Assembly (NCBI GenBank): GCA_013265495.1
Contig: MU057796.1
Span: 434,001 to 498,000 of the forward strand
Source: Vicugna vicugna
Taxonomy: Eukaryota
Direction: 5' to 3'
DNA length: 64,000 bases
Shown one piece after another: positions 55,562-64,000 of this stretch (its first letter is position 1; each line of letters opens with the position of its first letter). The position numbers and the translations under genes were made by a program. The notes beneath the pieces are model-generated. The model searched no databases. It saw nothing but the letters and a program-made list of their open reading frames with translations, and was not told where the DNA came from.

Positions 55562-57332
55562 TTTTTTTGTTTTTTGTTTTTTTTTATTCAGTTATAGTCA
55601 GTTTACAATGTTGTGTCAATTTCTGGTGTGCAGCACAATTCTTCAGTTGTACATGAATATACATATATTCTTTTTCACTATAAGCTATTGAATGTTTCAC
55701 TGTGCTATACAGTATAAACTTGTTTATCTACTTTATATATACCAGTCAGTATCTGCAAATCTTGAACTCCCAGTTTATCCCTTCCCACCACCCTCCCCCC
55801 CAGCAACTGAGAGTCTGCATTCTATGTCTGAGTCTGTTTCTGTTTTATATATAAGTTCATTTGTCTTTTTTTTTTTCAAGATTCCACATATGAGTGATAT
55901 GATATGGTATTTTTCTTTCTCTTTTTGGCTTACTTCACTTAGAATGACATTCTCCAAGGGACATCCATGTAGCTGCAAATGACATTATGTTGTCATTTTA
56001 TGGCTGAGTAATATTCCACTGTATAAATATACCACATCTTCTTTATCCAGTCATCTGTCAATGGACATTTAGGTTGCTTCCAAGGCTATTGTAAATAGTG
56101 CTTCTATGAACATTGGGGTGTAGGTGTCTTTTTGAATTAGGGTTCCTTCTCGATATATGCCCAGGAATGGGATTTCTGAGTCATATGGTAAGTCTATTCC
56201 TAGTCTTTTGAGGAATCTCCATACTGTTTTCAACAAACATTGCACCAAACTGTATTCCCACCATCAGTGTAGCAGAGTTCCCTTTTCCCCACATCCTCTC
56301 CAGCATTTGTCATTTGTGGGCTTTTGAAGGATGGCCATTCCGACTGGTGTGAAGTGATAACCTCATTGCAGTTCTGATTTACATTTCTCTGATAGTTAGT
56401 GATATTGAGCATTGTTTCATGTGCCTATTGGTCATTCATATGTCTTCATTGGAGAACTGCTTGTTTAGGTCTTCTGCACATTTTTGGATTGGGATGTTTG
56501 TTTTTTTCTTATTAAATCATATGAGTTCTGTATATATATTGGAAATCAAGCCCTTGTCCGTTTCATCTTTTGCAAATATTTTTTCCTATTCTGTAAGTTG
56601 TCATTTTGTTTTGCTTATGGTTTCCTTTGCTATGCAGAAGTTTATAAGTATTACTAGGTCCCATTTGTTTATTTTTGCTTTTATTTGTATTGCTTGGGTA
56701 GACTGCCCTAGGAGAACATTGCTGAGATGTATGTGAGATAATGTTTTGCCTATGCTTTTGTGTAGGAGGTTTATTGTGTCTTGTCTTATGTTTAAGTCTT
56801 TAATCCATTTTGAGTTTATTTTTGTGTATGGTGTAAGGGAGTGTTCTAGTTTCATTGATTCACATGCTGCTGTCCAGTTTTCCTAACACCATTTGATGAA
56901 GAGATTGTCTTTATTGCATTGTATGTTGTTGCCTCCTTTGCTGAAAATTAATTCACCAAAAATTGTGGGTTCATTTCTGGGCTCTCTATTCTGTTCCATT
57001 GGTCCATATGTCTGTTTTTGTACCAATACTATGCTGTTTTTATTACTGTAGCTCTATAGTGTTGTCTAAAGTCTGGGAGGGTTATTCCTCCAGCCTCATT
57101 CTTCTTCTTCAGTAATGCTTTGGCATTCCATATAAATTTGTGATTCCATATAAATTTTTATGATTCCATATAAATTTTTTTTTATCATTTGTTCTAGTTC
57201 TATGTCCTGGGTAATTTGATAGGGATTGCATTAAATCTGTAGATTGCCTTGGGCAGTATGACTATTTTAACAATATTGATTCTTCCAATCAGGGAGCATG
57301 GTATGTCTTTCCATTTTTTTAAAGTCTTCTTT
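55562..57332 (-). mobile_element. Young L1 3' arm (ORF2 C-terminal part + 3'UTR + poly(A))
   Basis: ORF2 peptides such as [24 protein letters not shown]. Visibly colinear with the L1 copy at 15088-16900. Confidence 0.95.
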
Positions 57333-59114
57333 TTATATATATATATTTATGAAGAATTTAATTATCTATACACATAAATATTGAAAAGATTGTATTACAG
57401 TTGTTAAAGCTGCAGGTTTATTTATTTATATATTTTACATTCATGTTCATGAAAATACTGAAGCACCAGGGAACAAGGAGGAGACCTCATTCCCTGCACC
57501 GTGTGAGCGGAGAAGAACCTCTGCACAATCACCAGCACGGAGTCCCCCAAGGGGAGAGACAAAAACAGACCACTACTGTTACAAAGTCATTAGCAGAACC
57601 AGCAGATGGTACTCGAGGCGCCCCTCCCCCCGCCCACGCCGCCCCGCTTTCTGTGCTGTCGGCAACGGCTTTTTTATTGAGAGCTTCCAACTAGTGTTTA
57701 AAAGACAAACATGGCTTCAGCTACAACACATCCAACACATCAACAGACCATGAGCTCCATTCATATTAATCTGTAGAAATTCCACAGTCTAGTTAAAAAA
57801 ATGTAAACATTGGAAATTAATTGCAGGGAGACTTCTATACAGACTTTCTTGTCAAAATTACTTGTTCAAAATATGTCATTCTAAGGCTCTTTTCAGTGTG
57901 AGAAGTGAATCTGTGCAAACTGTTCTGCTGAACTTGTTTTAACTGGTCACTGAGTATCTATTTTTCTGGGGTAAGTTTTCCAAGCATTTGTTGAGACTCC
58001 TGTAATTGCTGCTGTAGGTGGGTGATTTCAGCAATTCTCAACTCTCTAGATTTGTTTGTGCTCTCAGTCTCGCCTCCGGGTCGTCAGTCGACATCTGATA
58101 TCCTGAAGCTTTCCTTCTAGTTGATGCTTTTTATCATTTAGAGCTTCTGATTCAAATTCCAAAGTCTTCTGTGCTTTTATCACAACTATGTCCTCTTGTT
58201 AACTTTGTTTCTTTGATTTAATAGTTCTTGTCTCCGGTTCCGTTCCCATTCAAGTTGTCGTTGCCCTTCAAGCTCCCGTTTTGCAGCCTCTCGTCTCTCG
58301 ATTTCTTTCCTCCGCTCCTCCTCCCTCTGCCGTTCTGGTTCCCGCTGCTCTTCCAGCTGCTTCTCCAGCTCCAGTTGTCTTTTGCGCTCTTGCTCCTGGC
58401 GCTCCCGCTCCTTCCGCTCCTGCTCCGCCCGCTCCAGCTGGGCCAGGCGCTCCTGCTCTTTGCGCTGCTGCTCCAAGAGCGCTTGTCTCCGCTTCTCCAG
58501 TTCCAGATGGCCGCGCTCGGAGTCCTCACGCTTCTTATCTTCGAACGTGACAGGTAGTTTCATTTCTAGTTGTTGCTGTTCGTCTTCTAAAACTGGTTCC
58601 TCCGGCAACCTCTGATCTACCGATGTTGAGCTTATGACGGATATCCCACTGCCAGACCGAACTCTTCTAAAGGAGGGTGGAATGTATTCTGGAGGCAGGA
58701 CCGGTGGCAGTGGTTGGCCAGACATGGCTACATCAATCAGGTGCATAGCCAGGATAAACTCTTCTGCTGTGAGTTTTCCATCTTGATCAATGTCAGAAAG
58801 ATTCCATGTTGAAGCCAGCTGAGCCTGTGGTAAACTTGACTGCATAAGTATAGTTCTTGCTTGGGGACCTGTTAAGTGTCCACTCATGGTTTTGTCATGA
58901 CTATTGAATAACTGTCTGTATTTCAGTCTGGAGGACTGGGGAACGGCCCACTCTGCGGCTGGAGGGACACTAGCCACGTCAAATGACTGTGCCTTCTGTA
59001 CTTCAGTGTTTAGCTGTGACCCTGGACCAGATCTACCAAAGGAAGAACTCTTTGGCAATGTGGCGGTAGGATGAGCAAACGCAGGCAGAGGCTGTATGAC
59101 CGGGGGTGCCCCAT
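57333..59114 (-). pseudogene. ITSN1: Processed, 5'-truncated and internally deleted intersectin-1 retrocopy
   Basis: Translation [15 protein letters not shown]...[72 protein letters not shown]... matches the ITSN1 EH2 domain and KLERQ coiled coil, with no introns. It continues through frameshifts to ...LKRALE at 57879, then UTR-like sequence with ATTAAA (57357-57362) and an A/(TA)n tail. Confidence 0.95.
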
Positions 59115-59127
59115 CTTTTGGTGGCAC
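58186..59127 (-). CDS. ITSN1: Residual open frame of the ITSN1 retrocopy (EH2 + KLERQ coiled coil), 313 codons; GTG start, first in-frame ATG at 58887 (233 aa); expression unknown
   Basis: ORF track. No stop or indel between 59112 and 58203. The frame ends after a 2-nt insertion at 58201-58202. Confidence 0.4.
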   Translation of the reverse strand: MPPKDGAPPVIQPLPAFAHPTATLPKSSSFGRSGPGSQLNTEVQKAQSFDVASVPPAAEWAVPQSSRLKYRQLFNSHDKTMSGHLTGPQARTILMQSSLPQAQLASTWNLSDIDQDGKLTAEEFILAMHLIDVAMSGQPLPPVLPPEYIPPSFRRVRSGSGISVISSTSVDQRLPEEPVLEDEQQQLEMKLPVTFEDKKREDSERGHLELEKRRQALLEQQRKEQERLAQLERAEQERKERERQEQERKRQLELEKQLEEQREPERQREEERRKEIERREAAKRELEGQRQLEWERNRRQELLNQRNKVNKRT

Positions 59128-60250
59128 CTACCCATGCCCTGCTGCATGAACTCTAATCACTAGCTCCAAAGGCCCTCCGGTGGCACCCCTGGTCTGTGCT
59201 GCTCCAAGTGCTGGTCGACGGGTGACTCATGTCTCCTCCCAGTGCTGACTGGGCATCCCACTAGTGCATGTTAGGTGAGCAGGTTGCTCCCCCGCTCAGT
59301 GCAGCTCCCCTCTGCACATCAGGTCCGCGCTCTGTAGGCGGGCTCTGAGAAAATGGCAGCACCAGCCTTCGCCCTTGCTCTGTGCCAGAACCCCACTCCT
59401 TGTTCATTTGTCTTAGAGGCACAAATTCACAGAGGCACCAGGGCAAAGTGTTCCTATCTGCCTGGGGCTGTAAACAAATCTCAGTATCGCCTACGAGGTG
59501 GTGGAGCCCTTAGGTAGGGATTCAGGTTCCCACCCTGCCTCCACCTGGGAGCCGCACGCTGGAGGACACGGTGGCTGTGGCTGAGCCCCACCTCTCTTCT
59601 CCTGAGAATGCACCAGTAATGGTGCCCTCGGGATCTGCGGAGATAAAGTCTAAGGCAACCCTCCCCTCAGGGCACACCAGCAGTGTTGCTTTGCTTTTTT
59701 TTTTTTTTCATGTTTAATGGGACACTCAGGTTCTTCTGATCTGTATAGCCTCCCAGCAACGGCACACAGCACACTGCAGGTTGCCTTTGTACAGTCGACC
59801 CAAGTCCTCCACCCGGCTCGGGAAGCCTGGCCCGTCCCACACCTGCCGGCTCACGTCTAGGGTTGGGGGTCACGGGGACCTTCTGTGCCCATTTAATGTA
59901 GTTCTGTGGGTTAAGAGCTATTCCATACAGATCTGAGCCTCAGCGTATTCCCCCTGCATTCCGCTAACCTCTCCGTTGGAGAAGGGGAGACCCAGCGAAC
60001 AAGCGCTATTTCTCCTTTGCTGCTCCCTCCCCATGGGACCTGTCCTGCATTGTTTTCCTTTTTCTTCCTTCGTTTTTCCTTTTCTCCTACCCGATTAGTG
60101 GCGTATTTTGTCTTTGAAAAAGGGAATGTCCTGTCAAAGTTCAGCAGGTGTTCTGATTGGCTGAGTGGGCCCGTGGAGGTTAGTCTTGGTGTATTTGTGG
60201 GACAGGGTGAGCTGTGAGTGTCCTGCTGCTCCGCCATCTTGGCCCTTCCC
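59115..60250 (-). promoter_or_regulatory. L1 5'UTR / internal Pol II promoter with YY1 motif
   Basis: GC/CpG-richer ~1.1 kb segment starting exactly at the TSD. CAAGATGGCGG (YY1-type) at 60231-60241, in the position typical of L1 5' ends. Confidence 0.8.
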
Positions 60251-60251
60251 T

Positions 60252-60560
60252 GAGCACAAGCTTTTAAGTCCAGCTTATGTCTTTCACAGATTGTGCCTTT
60301 GGTGTTACATCTAAACATTCATCTCCTTACCCAAGATCATATAGGTTTTTTCTTATGTTTCATTCCAGAAGTTTCATAGTTTTGCATTTTACATTTACGT
60401 CTATGATCCATTTGGATTTAATATTCATGAAGGGTGTGAGGTCTGTGTCTACTTACATTTTTTTTTGCATACGAATGTCCATTTTTTTCCATTACTATTT
60501 GTTGAAAAGACTGTCTTTTCCCCATTATATTGCCTTTGCTCCTTTGTCAAAGATCTGGCT
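60252..60560 (-). mobile_element. Right half of the old host L1 ORF2
   Basis: Continues the ORF2 sequence interrupted at 55561 (GTTTTGCATTTTACATTTACGTCTATGATCCATTT). Confidence 0.85.
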
Positions 60561-60903
60561 GCTTTTAAGATTTCTTTCCTTCCTCACTTCCTTTCTTCCT
60601 TCTTTCCTGCCACTAGGCACAGAGTATTTTGTCGAAGTATGTAGGGGGTATGTAGCTGTCTACAATAGGATGTGCCTAGCTCTAGTTTTCTTTTTTCTGT
60701 CTCTTGTTTTGGATTTGTAGGCCTTCTTGATTGTGTGGCATAATAGCTTTCATTATTTTGAAAATTTTCAGTCAGGATCCCTTTTAGTATATCTTCCATT
60801 CCTTTCCTTATTCCTCTCTTTCTAGAACTCGATTTACATACATATTAGATTATTTTCTTTATCTCAACGTGACGTAGGTTTCTTTTCTTTTCTTTCATTT
60901 TCT

Positions 60904-60904
60904 T

Positions 60905-60951
<47 letters not shown>

Positions 60952-60955
60952 TTTT
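60904..60955. repeat. (TTTA)n microsatellite
   Basis: Direct reading. Confidence 0.95.
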
Positions 60956-63493
60956 TGCATTTCCTTCCATTCTGCCCTTTAGGCTAGGATTTACATTCTT
61001 TACACTATCTTCCAGTTCAGTAATCCTCTTTTCTGTGTCTAGTATGCTATTAAATCCACCACTAAATATGGTTCTTGATTTTAGTCATTGTATTTTTCAG
61101 TTCTATGGTCACTGTTAAGCTTTTTTTTTTTTAAAGACATCTCACATGTCTCTTGAAAATCCCCATCTTTTTTTATATATTCTTGAGTATATTAAACATA
61201 GTTGTATTTTAAATTGTATTTCTTATCACCTGTGGATTTTTTTCCTTTGTCTATCTTTTTCTTTCAGTTTTGTTTTTTTTTTTTTTAGTATTGTTTCTGT
61301 CTCCTGGCATAACTAACCATTTTTGATTGAATGTTATACAGGAGGTAAATCCAAGTGGGATACATCCTAGAATAAAAATGATTCTCATTTTAGACTCCCC
61401 AGTCACAGATTTGTATGTGAATAACAAAGCAGGTATACACAGACATAGTATTTACTTTAATGATATTTTTTCCAACTGGCCACCTTGTAGTAGACATTTA
61501 ACATAATGTGGACATAATTATAGTCAACTACTTGTCTGTAGGTAGTTAACTTTCATTACTCAGAGACTCACTCAGTTTTTGGCCAGCGGATACTGTTTTA
61601 AGAAAAGATTCTTTCGGTCTTACTGTTGGTCCAGTTTTATGATCTTGTTCAGTGTGGTGGCTTACATGCTAAGTAACTCAACACCAAATGTTCTCTCCTC
61701 AGAACCCAGCAGAATTCTCTATATAGGTCAAGAGTGTACCCATTCATTTCTCTTCCTCTTCATCTTTCTCTCCGTCTTCCATGTGAATGTACACACACAC
61801 ATATGTGTCAATCCAGATCTAACCAGGAAACAGAAACCACATGTATTATTTTAATAGAAAATTTAATATAAATTATTGTTAGCTAGGTACTGAAGAGTAC
61901 AAAAGGCAAATACTGACCACTTAGAGGTATCCCTGAGTAGCAGCTATTGGATCAACCAGCACTTCTAGGGCTAGGAAAGAAAAAGAGATGAGATTGGAAT
62001 TACTATAAACAGATAGCTTGGAGATGGAACCCCATGGAGCTGATACTGAGAAGGGAGCATCACCTGGCTGATGCTAGTGTCTCTGAGAGACAATGATTCT
62101 GCTTGTGAGAATGTTGTAAACCTGAATCCTCTAAACAATTGCTCCTCCACATACAAAATATTGATCCTAAATAGAAGAGTATTGCTAGAGTGATAATAAA
62201 AAGAATAGAAGCTGGAAAGCATAACAAGAAGAAATTATTTTCTTCTTCCTCTAGCCTTCCATGGTTCCTCTGACAGCCTCTAAGGAAGAGTCACTTGGAA
62301 AAAAAATGACAGTCTTATTTCTCCCACTTTGGAATGCACATTATTTCACATATAAACATATTCAAAATCAGCATGAATCTTAGAGTAGGTGGCATGTCAT
62401 GGTTCAGTGATGGTGATGTTTTTCTTTCTTAATGTCATATAAAATAATGATGCTTCTCATTATCAATAGTTTCTATAATTCTATGCAATATGATATTTTT
62501 GAAAGCATAAAATACTTTATATCACCAAACTTTCTGACCCTGGTAATGATTTTCTCTTTTAAGTTCTCACACACCATCTGTTAAATAGTTCTATAACTTT
62601 GCAAGAATCCAGTGTTAATCTTTCTGATTTATAGTTTCTGCATTTTATTTCTCTAATTAAAAAAAAATTTCCCACCTCCAGGATTATGGTAATCTTCTCA
62701 TTTTCTGTTGAATCCTCTCTCAAAGAACATGATGGCATCCTCTACATTTAGTCACTGAGAGGAGATTCTGCAGCCGCATATATGGGCCCCTTTAATGTCT
62801 TGGGGTTTGAGTCACATGGCCATAAAAAACTGGCTTAAGACTCTTTCACTTCAGGTTCAAATTCCTGGTTAATAGATTTTGTTACTCTCCCCAGTTTAAA
62901 CGGTTTTCTTCAAGTTTATGGAAACTTCTCATTATTCTTCAAGAGCATCAACTCTGACATCATGATAAGTAAATCCATGGTTTTCAGGACCTTTCCAAAG
63001 AAAGTTGAAGCTGAGTCTACAACCTTACTTTTACATTAAGGGTCACTACAAAAGTATTTTGTGTAAATCCTGTTGCCTATTTTTAAGCTTGTAACGTTTT
63101 GTGCGATTCTGGAGTTACACCTCTTCACTAAATTTTGAGTTTGATTTGAAAATGTTTTACATTTTCCCAAGAAATGTAAATATGTAGTTTATTGAAGAAG
63201 AGGTCAAACTATCCATTTCTATTTGTATTTGACATAACAATACACAAGAAAGGAAGAAACATCACCAGGGAGCACTATTGGAGAAATACAATGATTTTGC
63301 CAACCAAAACACAGGACTCTATATTATTTATTAGATTATAAATTAAGTTAGCCATTTCTGTTAACAAACTGTCTGCAAACTGAGAATTTTTGTCTGAAAA
63401 TCTCGTTCAATGAGAACATTTCGTTCTGTATAATTTCTATTTTCTAGGTTATTACAGGTGGCTTTAATCAAAATTGTACTGCCATATAATATA

Positions 63494-63692
63494 CAGTAGA
63501 CCTTTGAACAACATGGGTTTTGAACCGCAAGGGTTCACTTATATGTGAATTAAAAAGAATAAATGCTACAGGACTTTATGATCTGTGATGCAGAACCACA
63601 GATACAGAGGGATGACTATAAAATTATATGCAAATTTTCTACTGTGCAAGGAGTTGGTGCCCTTAACCCTCAAGGTGTTCAAGGTTCAGCTG
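63494..63692 (+). mobile_element. Tigger2/MER8-like TcMar MITE
   Basis: TIRs CAGTAGACCTTTGAACAAC / GGTGTTCAAGGTTCAGCTG, flanked by TA on both sides. Confidence 0.85.
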
Positions 63693-63844
63693 TAAATCAC
63701 CATTTTCTCAGGCTACTATAGGTTTTCTCACTATTTGTCTGGTCTTTTGTAACAGTTTCATTATCCCCTACTGCCTACACCCTAAGCCAGTGCCACATAT
63801 TTTAGGTTTCTTTTTTACAGAAGGATTCCTCTTGAGGATACTGG

Positions 63845-64000
63845 TATCTATATTAGCTAGTTACCACTGCCTAAAAACGGACACATCCCCACCCATGAAA
63901 AAATAAGTGGCACATAATTATCCTTTATTTAAATCTTATGGGTGTATGTTCAGTTGGGATTTGGTTGATCAAGTCTAGACTTGGCTGGTCTTGGCTCTAA
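63845..64000 (-). mobile_element. MaLR LTR fragment (MLT1-like), runs off the window
   Basis: TATATTAGCTAGTTACCACTGC...AAGTGGCACATAA...GATCAAGTCTAGACTTGGCTGG. Confidence 0.55.

Larger units (their letters stand above)
55562..60250 (-). mobile_element. Chimeric L1 element: L1 5'UTR + ITSN1 retro-cDNA + L1 ORF2 3' end/3'UTR/poly(A)
   Basis: TSD GAGCACAAG(C)TTTT at 55553-55565 and 60252-60265. TTTT/AA endonuclease site at 60262-60267. Minus strand starts GGGAAGGGCCAAGATGGCGG, a typical L1 5' end. Poly(A) remnant at 55562-55585. The older L1 ORF2 host sequence is continuous across the insertion. Confidence 0.92.

Noticed and set aside
58218..58615. Alternative-frame and antisense ORFs over the ITSN1 segment
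   Set aside because: Shadows of the repetitive KLERQ coding sequence.
57333..59114. The genuine ITSN1 locus
   Set aside because: Intronless, truncated, frameshifted, tailed and embedded in L1.
62690..63140. Possible very old minus-strand processed pseudogene
   Set aside because: Only vague coding-like composition, with many stops and no protein I can recognise; needs BLASTX.

Overview
Mammalian, repeat-dense intergenic or intronic DNA with no convincing host-gene coding exons. It is probably camelid, inferred from tRNA-derived SINEs of the GGGGAGGGTATAGCTCAGTGGTAGAG...CCCAGTACCTCC type. Most of the window is L1 of several ages, plus MIR, L2, MaLR LTRs and hAT/Tigger fossils. The stand-out feature is a ~4.7 kb minus-strand chimeric retroelement at 55562-60250, bounded by one target-site duplication. 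It consists of a complete L1 5'UTR/promoter, then an intronless, internally deleted intersectin-1 (ITSN1) cDNA with its own degraded A tail in place of ORF1 and most of ORF2, then the L1 ORF2 3' end, 3'UTR and poly(A). The ITSN1 part keeps a 313-codon open frame (EH2 plus KLERQ coiled coil), and its frameshifts and stop are all confined to the distal ~325 nt. Other L1-mediated events include a CpG-rich 3'UTR-only retrocopy with a 14-bp TSD (31184-32631), a tailless U2 snRNA pseudogene (43244-43281), a 59-bp orphan insertion, a 5'-inverted L1, an internally deleted two-ended L1 and a triplicated chimeric L1 junction. Three independent insertions sit at the homologous ORF2 site of three older L1s. 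Repeat subfamily names and comparisons to human ITSN1 and U2 come from memory, not from a database search.
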